Positions 16,802 to 23,820 of a stretch of DNA of 33,753 nt are shown here, in pieces. Each line of letters opens with the position of its first letter. Within the stretch, counting starts at the first letter, position 1. The notes under the pieces are model-generated. The model worked only from the letters and a program-made list of their open reading frames with translations. It was not told the origin of the DNA and ran no database searches. The translations under genes were made by a program, and so were the position numbers. The stretch is from a virus. Taxonomy: Duplodnaviria > Caudoviricetes. The stretch covers positions 1 through 33,753 of IMG/VR virus record IMGVR_UViG_3300022407_001572; one strand, written 5' to 3'.

Positions 16802-17171
16802 TTGCGGTGGTTTGGATTAGTTCCTCTCTTTGAAGATTTAAAAAATCTATTGTTTCCGATTGAAACTCTAAGGTGTTGGCTTGCCTCGATGCTTCCACCA
16901 ATTCAAGATCGGATAGTATTTCCTGAAAAGTGTCGCGCCATGATTTTAGGGCGTTTAAGGTGCTTTCGTTGGTTACGGCTACTTTGATACAGAAATCCCG
17001 CAAAGTCTCGTTACGCTCAATCTCTGTACGGTCTGCCGGCCTTGCCGTTGAAAGATACTTGGCTATCCTTTCAATCGTCTTTTGGTTCTGCTTTACTGAT
17101 ATTTCTATCTGGCTGGCCTGATCCCTGAATGATCTACCCAAGTCAAGGTATTTGATAAGTTTATCCTTCAT
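16767..17171 (-). CDS. Hypothetical coiled-coil protein between initiator and helicase (possible loader)
   Basis: ORF track; overlaps both neighbours; function inferred only from position. Confidence 0.5.
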   Translation of the reverse strand: MKDKLIKYLDLGRSFRDQASQIEISVKQNQKTIERIAKYLSTARPADRTEIERNETLRDFCIKVAVTNESTLNALKSWRDTFQEILSDLELVEASRQANTLEFQSETIDFLNLQREELIQTTANEVRQRIKGNS

Positions 17172-17823
17172 TGCAAATTTTTGTTAAGGTGTCTAATTTT
17201 TCCCGTATTAACCAATTCTTGAAGTGCTTTTTTATATCCGACTTCTCGCTTGTAAGGTCGGCCTTGCCCAAAAGAAACACAACCAGTATTTGCATAAGGT
17301 TGACCTTTGTAGCTACCCTCCAGCCTTTACCGGTTATTAACCTATGGCATTCATCAATGTATAGATCGTCTGTTTTAAGTTCTTCAAGGGCTTGTTCTTT
17401 GGATTGGTAGAAGTCATCGGAAAATTTGCGCGGTGTCTTCACCTTCTCTTCTACTTCGTTTCGTTTCGTTTCAGGCGGCCGGTTGCTGTCAACTGTCAGC
17501 GGGTTGTCAGCGGGTTGCGGGAACTTGCTATTCATCTGCCGCAATCGTTGGCCAAAGTTTACTATTTGAACGTATTCTTTGCCATCAATTACATAAACCT
17601 GAATCAATCCAGCGTACTGACATTCATCCCTAAAGACTATAATTTTGTTGAAATTGTAATCCTTTAAAGGAAACAATGCGGCTTTTAATAGCTTTGGGTT
17701 CCCGTAGTAGCACCCGAAGTCATCGGCCTTCATTATCAATCTGGTGAAGAATACCTCCGCACCTTCTGATAGATCATTGACCGTTTCCGATTGTGTCCAG
17801 TCTCTTAATACCCTGTTTGCCAT
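17161..17823 (-). CDS. Phage replication initiator / replisome organiser
   Basis: N-terminal MANRVLRD...LS..AE.FF.RLI..ADDFG...P.LL...LFP domain, low-complexity linker, C-terminal KKHFKNWL domain. Confidence 0.75.
   Translation of the reverse strand: MANRVLRDWTQSETVNDLSEGAEVFFTRLIMKADDFGCYYGNPKLLKAALFPLKDYNFNKIIVFRDECQYAGLIQVYVIDGKEYVQIVNFGQRLRQMNSKFPQPADNPLTVDSNRPPETKRNEVEEKVKTPRKFSDDFYQSKEQALEELKTDDLYIDECHRLITGKGWRVATKVNLMQILVVFLLGKADLTSEKSDIKKHFKNWLIREKLDTLTKICNEG
17455..17521. repeat. Short tandem repeats inside the initiator gene (candidate origin iterons)
   Basis: TGTCAGCGGGT x2 (17494-17515) plus partial TGCGGG; TTTCG-type run at ~17455-17472. Confidence 0.45.
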
Positions 17824-17932
17824 AAACAATAAAGCCTTTACAGGCGTTCGGGTGTCGAGTCCCTACTAACCTATAAAGGCTTTTGATTTCTTGCTGACTT
17901 TTTATCTCGACATCGCCAGCGTGGTAAATGTA
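17824..17932 (-). promoter_or_regulatory. Promoter (TACATTTA) plus structured 5' leader with predicted pseudoknot, before the initiator gene
   Basis: 14-bp stem 17831-17844/17870-17883 (one U-G), AGUA/GAA internal loop, loop CUCGACA complementary to 5' UGUCGAG (17906-17912). Confidence 0.65.
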
Positions 17933-17937
17933 CTAAA

Positions 17938-20103
17938 TTAAATCAAAACAAGCTGCTTTTTTTGCTCAATAGCTGCTTTTAAATTTGCCTTGGCCAGGTC
18001 AAAGTAAGATTCTTTTAATTCAAATCCTATCCCTTTCCTTTCCATTTTTACGGCCTGGTAAACTTCACTACCTATTCCCATGAACGGAGTGAAAACTGTA
18101 TCGCCTTTGTTGCTGTATAGGTGTATCAATCGCTCAATGGTGTCAAGTTGTAAAGGGCAAATATGCTTCTCGTCATTATCTTCTCGACCATTGCGGAAGC
18201 CCTGCAAAGTGTTACCGTAGTCTATGTCCATCCAAACAGGTGATGCGTATTTCTGCCAAAGGTCAACAGGGATATGAGTGTTGGTTACTGGGTTAGTCCT
18301 TTCGCCATCCTTTCTAAATATCATCACGTAGTCAGGAATACCAACACGTGACATAGTGCTATCCTTTTTTACTTGCTTATGTAGCAACCCTAATGCTTTG
18401 GTCCTTTGCATTTCAACAACCGGATCTTTCCATATTGTAACACGTGAAGCATAAACAAATCCGGCATCCTCAAATACTTTTAAAAGCAATCCTGAAAAGT
18501 CACGCAGTCCGATAAATCCATGCTTACCTTTTTGAATAGGTAAGTCCATACAATGAACACACACATTACGTCCTGACATCATTACGCGATACAATTCTTT
18601 TACAAGGAATGAGAACTGGGTTAAAAACTCTTGATAGTCTTTTGAATTACCCATATCCTCAACGTGACTTGAATACGTGTAAAGTTCTGCGAATGGTGGA
18701 CTGAATACAGATAAACCAATTGATTCACTTTCTATCTCAGGAATAAGCTGAACACAATCCCCTCGCTTTATTTGGTACCAGTCGTTTCTTTCTTCGGTAA
18801 TGTCAAATTCGGATGTAGTCATAAGTTGGTTATTTAAGTTTGCGTTTATTGCTTTGGCCATTTCATCCTGCATGATCTTAAATTGATCTTGTTTTCTTTG
18901 GATGGATGCTAGTACGTTTTTCATTGTGTCGGTAGTGATAAGGTAAATAAATACCTCATGCTCTTGTCCGAACCTGTATGATCTACGGATAGCCTGGTAC
19001 AATCCCTCAAAGGAGAAATCTAAAGAGGGGAATATTTGATTGTAACAGTTCTGAAAGTTCATACCGAATGAAGCGATCTTTTGTTTTGTTATAAGAATAC
19101 GGAACTCATTATTTGCAAATCCTAAAAGCTTTTCTTTCTTCCATTGATCCGAATCAGATCCTTTTACTTCGATGGCATCCGGTAATAGTTTTCTAAGATA
19201 CTCCCCTTCTTCATTCTGCTTTATCCATATAATAAAGTTCTCGTTTGGTTTAGAATTAAGTACATCTATAACAGCATCAAGGCGTTCTTTTTTGCTTGCC
19301 CGTAATGCGCTGTTAAAGTTTGTAGCCGAAATGATCGCATCATTAAACAGTTGACCGTTATCCATTTTAGGTGTATTGATTTGTCTCTCAATAAGATTGA
19401 GGTTTGGCAAGGCATAGCCATCCATTTCAAATCCTATATCCTGGGGCTTGTTTAGCATGATTGACCAGGTGCCAACAAACTGATAGAACAATTTAACAGC
19501 ATGGCCTTTCAATCTCCATTTAGCCGTATCTCCTCCATCATGTACAAAGTACATTGCAAGCATTTCATTACGGCTCATTACGTCTAAGAACTCGGAATGA
19601 TTACCTAACTCCATAGGATCGTTGGGGCTTGGTGTAGCCGTACAAGCTAGCTTATACGGTGTCTTTGCAAAACGTTCTAGTATTAACTTCTTAGTTTCGC
19701 CTTCAAAGTTTTTTAGGATTGAGCTTTCATCCAAACAAATACCACCGTATAAACTTGTATCGATGTTATTTAACTGCTCATAGTTATCCTCATCAATAAG
19801 GTCTGCATGAACGTTAAACTTGATAGCCTCGCGCTTGGTTTGTTCAACCACAACCAAAGGAGCAAGTATTAAAACGCGCTTATCGGTTACCTTACTAACT
19901 TGATATGACCATTCAAGCTGCATCAATGTTTTACCAAGTCCACAATCCGCAAAGATGGCATACTTTCCAGCCTTCAATGCTCGCTTAACTATGAACTTTT
20001 GAAACGGAAACATATGCTTGTTTAGCTCCGATTCTTCAATATCAAATCCGCTTAATACATGGCTTTTGTGTTTTTGTTTTAAGAAGTCTTTGTAATCATC
20101 CAT
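17938..20103 (-). CDS. SNF2-like helicase fused to an amino (N4C/N6A, beta-class) DNA methyltransferase (721 aa)
   Basis: DCGLGKT, LDESS, TATPSPND, QAIRRSYRFGQ; then FSPPF (motif IV), HICPLQ, TPFMGIGS (motif I). Confidence 0.9.
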   Translation of the reverse strand: MDDYKDFLKQKHKSHVLSGFDIEESELNKHMFPFQKFIVKRALKAGKYAIFADCGLGKTLMQLEWSYQVSKVTDKRVLILAPLVVVEQTKREAIKFNVHADLIDEDNYEQLNNIDTSLYGGICLDESSILKNFEGETKKLILERFAKTPYKLACTATPSPNDPMELGNHSEFLDVMSRNEMLAMYFVHDGGDTAKWRLKGHAVKLFYQFVGTWSIMLNKPQDIGFEMDGYALPNLNLIERQINTPKMDNGQLFNDAIISATNFNSALRASKKERLDAVIDVLNSKPNENFIIWIKQNEEGEYLRKLLPDAIEVKGSDSDQWKKEKLLGFANNEFRILITKQKIASFGMNFQNCYNQIFPSLDFSFEGLYQAIRRSYRFGQEHEVFIYLITTDTMKNVLASIQRKQDQFKIMQDEMAKAINANLNNQLMTTSEFDITEERNDWYQIKRGDCVQLIPEIESESIGLSVFSPPFAELYTYSSHVEDMGNSKDYQEFLTQFSFLVKELYRVMMSGRNVCVHCMDLPIQKGKHGFIGLRDFSGLLLKVFEDAGFVYASRVTIWKDPVVEMQRTKALGLLHKQVKKDSTMSRVGIPDYVMIFRKDGERTNPVTNTHIPVDLWQKYASPVWMDIDYGNTLQGFRNGREDNDEKHICPLQLDTIERLIHLYSNKGDTVFTPFMGIGSEVYQAVKMERKGIGFELKESYFDLAKANLKAAIEQKKQLVLI

Positions 20104-20224
20104 AAATAAAAATAACCGGTCGGGTTCAAGGTGTCGGCCTCTCCCCCTTCCAGCTCATTTAGTGTTTATTAATCCGCTCCGACAAGCGATAAACAAAGTT
20201 AATAAAAATCCCGAACGTGCCAAA
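20104..20224 (-). promoter_or_regulatory. Promoter (TTTG-N19-TAACTTTG) plus structured 5' leader with predicted pseudoknot, before the helicase-MTase gene
   Basis: -33 at 20221-20224, -7 at 20194-20201; loop CCGACA (20132-20137) complementary to 5' UGUCGG (20179-20184); stems AGG/CCU, GGG/CCC, AGCUGG/CCGGUU. Confidence 0.65.
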
Positions 20225-20257
20225 CACACGCTAAAAATATCGGGGTAGGTTAAAAAG

Positions 20258-20404
20258 TTAGATATGACGTTGGTAAGTCTGTTCTTTACCGTTAGCCTCG
20301 AATCTCCATTCTTCTACGTTAGGTTCAACGTATCGAACGAACTGCATCCAGATGTTAGCGACTAGCCTCCATTCGTTGTGGTAGTAAGTTACGCGACCTT
20401 CCAT
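20258..20404 (-). CDS. Small hypothetical protein (48 aa)
   Basis: MEGRVTYYHNEWRLVANIWMQFVRYVEPNVEEWRFEANGKEQTYQRHI; overlaps the DUF3127 end and fills the gap. Confidence 0.5.
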   Translation of the reverse strand: MEGRVTYYHNEWRLVANIWMQFVRYVEPNVEEWRFEANGKEQTYQRHI

Positions 20405-20649
20405 ACCTTAATAGATGTGTACCATTTATCTTTATACTCCCTGGATGTGGGTTCTACGCTGAAAGTCTTTTCGCCTACTGTGTTTTGCATTTCTGTAATG
20501 GTAGCGTTCCACGCAGTTAAAACTACTTGCTTCTCATAGTTCCCTTCTTTGTAGATAACTAAGAAGTCCTTAGTCTCCTGAGCGTTTACTTTGCCTTGAA
20601 AGGATTTATAATTAAATCCTTGGCCTTTGATTGTTCCGGTAATTGTCAT
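20389..20649 (-). CDS. DUF3127-family protein (Bacteroidota OB-fold, SSB-like)
   Basis: M.ITG.I...SREYKDKWYTSIKVWKV signature. Confidence 0.75.
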   Translation of the reverse strand: MTITGTIKGQGFNYKSFQGKVNAQETKDFLVIYKEGNYEKQVVLTAWNATITEMQNTVGEKTFSVEPTSREYKDKWYTSIKVWKVA

Positions 20650-20894
20650 TTGGTTTTGTGTCTAATGTATAGTGAAATAATAGTAAGAAAGATCAATGTA
20701 CAAGCGAGTTGATACTCCCAGCTTAGTTTAGTCAATGCGTCATCTATTCGCGGTCCAAAGATAAGACTTAAACAAATACCGGCAATACCGATAAGCGTTA
20801 AAGTGATCCAAAGATATACCTCGTTAAGCACCTTTTTACTGTTTAGGTGTTCGGTTGCTTTTCGCCTTCGTTCGGCTATTTCTCGTTCGGTCAT
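20646..20894 (-). CDS. Membrane protein with two TM helices (82 aa)
   Basis: Start moved to ATG 20894 (ATGA overlap); two hydrophobic segments. Confidence 0.6.
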   Translation of the reverse strand: MTEREIAERRRKATEHLNSKKVLNEVYLWITLTLIGIAGICLSLIFGPRIDDALTKLSWEYQLACTLIFLTIISLYIRHKTK

Positions 20895-20995
20895 GCTAAA
20901 AAGTTTAGTGTAAGATAAATAATAATTGCCAGCGCTCCAAGACACGCGCCTATGATTACGTTTCGCGTTGCGGTTTCTTCGTTGTAGTTAGTCAT
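20891..20995 (-). CDS. Small membrane peptide (34 aa)
   Basis: MTNYNEETATRNVIIGACLGALAIIIYLTLNFLA (C-terminal part of track ORF 20891-21100). Confidence 0.55.
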   Translation of the reverse strand: MTNYNEETATRNVIIGACLGALAIIIYLTLNFLA

Positions 20996-21152
20996 TTGTA
21001 ATTTGTCTAATGATTGTAATCTTTCCTTTTTTCCGTATGATCTTAGCCGTTTCCCATTGGTACTTTCTGCCAAGTTCTTTGTCGCGGTTCTTAGCCTCAA
21101 CGATGTAAGGGTGAACGCTTCCTGTATCGCCTGAACTACTTTTTGTCGCCAT
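20988..21152 (-). CDS. Small basic hypothetical protein (54 aa)
   Basis: MATKSSSGDTGSVHPYIVEAKNRDKELGRKYQWETAKIIRKKGKITIIRQITND; overlaps both neighbours. Confidence 0.45.
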   Translation of the reverse strand: MATKSSSGDTGSVHPYIVEAKNRDKELGRKYQWETAKIIRKKGKITIIRQITND

Positions 21153-21360
21153 AAGAATAAACCCCGTAGGTCTTTTTAGTTCGCTTATCGGTTCTCATCT
21201 CGCAATCAATATCCATAGGATTAAATTTGTCGTTTCTAAGCCTACGAATATATTCACTCAATCGCATAGTTCCAAACCTTTTAAGGCCGTCTAACGTGCT
21301 GATCTTTTGCCCTCGAAGTAAAGCTACTTTAAGTCGAGGAAGGACTTGTGAAGTTGTCAT
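21136..21360 (-). CDS. Winged-helix/HTH domain protein (74 aa)
   Basis: LL.G.KIS.LD....FG.MRL...I..LR...DI...YGVY pattern of small phage HTH proteins. Confidence 0.7.
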   Translation of the reverse strand: MTTSQVLPRLKVALLRGQKISTLDGLKRFGTMRLSEYIRRLRNDKFNPMDIDCEMRTDKRTKKTYGVYSYGDKK

Positions 21361-21977
21361 GCTCTTGTTTTGTAAAGTTCGATGTATTCATTTCTAAGTT
21401 CAACTACTTTCGGAAGGTTTGAATTAAACTTTTCAACCCATTCGGCATTAGCCTCGACCTCGTTCAATATCATTCGCTTACTTTCTTCAACCGGATAAAC
21501 TAAACCGTTGTCGGTCATGAACTGCGTTTCAATTAAGTAGGCCGCTATTACCCATTTCGGTTTGCCTGTTAAGACCATGTATAGTTGTGCCTGGTTGTAC
21601 TGGTCATCATCAATACCCTCTAGGTAGTCAAGCCATCCCTGAAGCGATGTAGGGCATTTAAAGTCAACCCCGTAAGCCTCGGCCTCGGCATCGGTAGATC
21701 CTCCTATTTCGCCCTGAGCAATCCACCGACCTTTTTCGATCTGATTATCGAAAAACTTTTCGTAATGCTCAAAAGCGAATTGTTCAGCCAGCTTTCCGTG
21801 TTCAGTTTGCCAGGTGCTTCGCTCATCGTGGAACTCGAATACACGTTCTTTTGCTAAGGTCTTTGCTAAGGTTCTTTGTCCTACGTCCGCAGATCGTTTA
21901 GGAACTAACGATGAACAACGTGAGCCGGTAACTAATCCGAATCTTTCTTGTGGGAAGGTGTCAGTTGCTAGTAACAT
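21357..21977 (-). CDS. YqaJ/lambda-exonuclease-family nuclease
   Basis: RFG.VTGSR, HG...E..A, GGSTD, DFKCP, QAQLYM motifs. Confidence 0.85.
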   Translation of the reverse strand: MLLATDTFPQERFGLVTGSRCSSLVPKRSADVGQRTLAKTLAKERVFEFHDERSTWQTEHGKLAEQFAFEHYEKFFDNQIEKGRWIAQGEIGGSTDAEAEAYGVDFKCPTSLQGWLDYLEGIDDDQYNQAQLYMVLTGKPKWVIAAYLIETQFMTDNGLVYPVEESKRMILNEVEANAEWVEKFNSNLPKVVELRNEYIELYKTRA

Positions 21978-21978
21978 A

Positions 21979-22332
21979 TCAAATAGGTTTAATGTTTTTA
22001 ACTCTCAAGGCTTCTACCATTTCGCCAAAAGCCTTAACCTTTGCCGAGTAGATTAATATGGACTTACCCGCCCATTGTTCAATGTATGGAGTATCGTGGA
22101 TTTTAGCAATGATCTTGCAGTTTGTTTTGTTTAAAATCATTGGCTTTTTTGCGCCTACAATCTTAGCGATAATTGCCATTTCTTCTTTCCCGTCTTGCCC
22201 TTTAATCAATTCCTGACTAACGGACTCAATCGTAATTTTAAGCTCCTGACCTGGTTGCAAATCGTGACTGCCTATGTAGTTAGGGTTGGTCAGTTTCTTC
22301 CAGTGCGTTACTTGTGCCGGTTTAGTTTCCAT
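21979..22332 (-). CDS. Conserved phage protein next to the exonuclease (putative ssDNA-binding/annealing partner)
   Basis: THWKKL.NPNYIGSHDL, KPMILNKTN, IEQWAGK.I, ALRV motifs; function inferred from synteny. Confidence 0.6.
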   Translation of the reverse strand: METKPAQVTHWKKLTNPNYIGSHDLQPGQELKITIESVSQELIKGQDGKEEMAIIAKIVGAKKPMILNKTNCKIIAKIHDTPYIEQWAGKSILIYSAKVKAFGEMVEALRVKNIKPI

Positions 22333-22549
22333 TCTGTAATTGGTCTAAGGTTTCTGTGTTAATTGCATGGCCTATCTCTAAGCCATAAGCGGACCCCAAG
22401 TAAAAACAAGTTGCAGCCGAACCAGTTACAATCTCGTAACGTGTATCGCATTCACGCGCTTCTATCTGATGGTAGATGATTTGCAACTTATCGCAACACT
22501 CTATGAATGTTTTGATATTACGATTTGGAATGTTGATTTGTGTAGTCAT
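22322..22549 (-). CDS. Early hypothetical protein (75 aa)
   Basis: ORF track; tightly packed in the early operon. Confidence 0.6.
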   Translation of the reverse strand: MTTQINIPNRNIKTFIECCDKLQIIYHQIEARECDTRYEIVTGSAATCFYLGSAYGLEIGHAINTETLDQLQNGN

Positions 22550-22553
22550 AGGT

Positions 22554-22778
22554 TTACCAGTTTATTTCTAAAGTTTTACCCGCGTGGATTGTAACATTGA
22601 ATCCTAAATCTAAATATTTAGACTCGCATTCACTTATAAAAGAATCAGGATAGGTAGATAGTTTGATGACTGCATACCTGTTCCCAGCCTCGGCCATCGC
22701 CTTAATTGAAAGGTCTAATTGGTCAATTGCTTTTTGCTGTGCTGCTTTTGTTAGGCTTACTGCTTCTTCTGCGTTCAT
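22554..22778 (-). CDS. Early hypothetical protein (74 aa)
   Basis: ORF track; A-rich leader. Confidence 0.65.
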   Translation of the reverse strand: MNAEEAVSLTKAAQQKAIDQLDLSIKAMAEAGNRYAVIKLSTYPDSFISECESKYLDLGFNVTIHAGKTLEINW

Positions 22779-22790
22779 AATAGTTTTGGT

Positions 22791-22907
22791 TTATTCGTTG
22801 TCTAATTCGTATTCTCTTTCTTTGTCGTACTCTTGTTCGTTGTCTGACTCTGTATAGTCATCCTCAAAAACAGGGTTTAAAAATCGGGGGTAATCGGTAG
22901 GCTCCAT
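22791..22907 (-). CDS. Very acidic 38-aa first early peptide
   Basis: MEPTDYPRFLNPVFEDDYTESDNEQEYDKEREYELDNE; A-rich leader AAACGCAACCAAA-ATG; 15 of 38 residues D/E. Confidence 0.55.
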   Translation of the reverse strand: MEPTDYPRFLNPVFEDDYTESDNEQEYDKEREYELDNE

Positions 22908-22996
22908 TTTGGTTGCGTTTAAATCTTACACAAGTCTATGGTAAAGAATTTTAATATCCTAGTTTTATTTTAATTTATTTTAATGTACGTTTGCGT
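22908..22996. promoter_or_regulatory. Divergent promoter region
   Basis: AT-rich; plus-strand TACGTTTG at 22986-22993; minus-strand variant TAGACTTG at 22931-22938. Confidence 0.6.
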
Positions 22997-23158
22997 ATGA
23001 GCAAAAACATAGCAAAAACGTCCAAAAGAGGCCGGAAACCTATCAAAGATAAGGTAGTGCCACTGACGATATTTGTCAAAGAATCTGTAATAATGAAGTT
23101 CGGGAAGGCCGAATTTGCCCGAGCTTACGCTAAACAATGCCTGGAAGAATGGACTTAA
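22997..23158 (+). CDS. Small DNA-binding protein, RGRKP arm plus ribbon-helix-helix-like (53 aa), leaderless; candidate repressor
   Basis: MSKNIAKTSKRGRKPIKDKVVPLTIFVKESVIMKFGKAEFARAYAKQCLEEWT; ATG 3 nt after the -7 box; divergent from the early operon. Confidence 0.6.
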   Translation: MSKNIAKTSKRGRKPIKDKVVPLTIFVKESVIMKFGKAEFARAYAKQCLEEWT

Positions 23159-23225
23159 CCACCCCTAACCGGCATGATAAAGTACACGTTACCGGACAAA
23201 ACAGCATTTAATGTGTGGTATATTG

Positions 23226-23358
23226 GACATAATGGACATTGGTTTATGAGGGTTGTGATTAGATAAAACTAAACTGTCAAACAAGATGAATAAATTAGAA
23301 GAACTGTTTAATAAGATGTACGATGAACAGAACAACTCGCATAAACCTGTTGTTAGCG
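23226..23358 (+). repeat. attC-like imperfect inverted repeat
   Basis: Arms GGTTTATG-A-GGGTTGT (23241-23256) and ACAACTC-G-CATAAACC (23332-23347), followed by GTTAGCG (23352-23358); degenerate left core ACATAAT. Confidence 0.45.
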
Positions 23359-23597
23359 GTAAAGCGATGGACATAACTAAAGAACAATACCTAAATGCAA
23401 AAAAAATTGTTGATGAATACGAAAGGGATGAGTATGAAACCAACATGAGAATAGCAGAACATGAATTAGATGAAGATGATCCAATCTTTGGAGATGCAGA
23501 TCAGCCATGCTCAGTATGTGGAGAAATTGATGGAATGGTAAACCCATGCTGCCCAGATTATGACCCACTTCATAGAGATAACTGCGGGTATGGCTAA
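23286..23597 (+). CDS. Acidic protein with C-terminal Cys cluster (103 aa; alternative start 23367)
   Basis: ORF track; ITKEQYLNAKKIVDEYE motif; CSVC...CC...H...C. Confidence 0.6.
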   Translation: MNKLEELFNKMYDEQNNSHKPVVSGKAMDITKEQYLNAKKIVDEYERDEYETNMRIAEHELDEDDPIFGDADQPCSVCGEIDGMVNPCCPDYDPLHRDNCGYG

Positions 23598-23661
23598 AAA
23601 AGTTTAAAGTTTGCAATCACAAGTTATGAATAGAAGAACACACGTGACAAGCCAATTCGTT

Positions 23662-23795
23662 TTAGCCGAATATTAGCTGCATGTGTTTTGTTGGGCTTGG
23701 AGTGTGGCGTGAGAATGGGGTTTGAGCAGCGTGAGTTCTGCGGATTAAGGAAGCCACACCTTAGGCCAAAACATTGCCAGCTAATATATCGCTAA
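23662..23795. repeat. Long imperfect inverted repeat (~134-nt hairpin) at the convergence point of transcription
   Basis: TTAGC-cga-ATATTAGCTG...TGTTTTG...GTGTGGC versus GCCACAC...CAAAACA...CAGCTAATAT-atc-GCTAA. Confidence 0.7.
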
Positions 23796-23820
23796 CCGCA
23801 ACGTAACCGTTTGTAAACTT

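Noticed and set aside
17845-17865. tRNA-like GTTCG/TCGAGTCCC fragment
   Set aside because: No D-arm or anticodon arm; better explained as part of the minus-strand leader hairpin
10681-19354. Numerous 60-93-aa plus-strand ORFs (10681, 11147, 12870, 13717, 14500, 14784, 15746, 16802-17667, 19172)
   Set aside because: Antisense to well-supported genes, no motifs, no promoter context
23189-23616. Minus-strand ORFs of 85 and 79 aa
   Set aside because: Antisense to the more protein-like plus-strand 103-aa ORF
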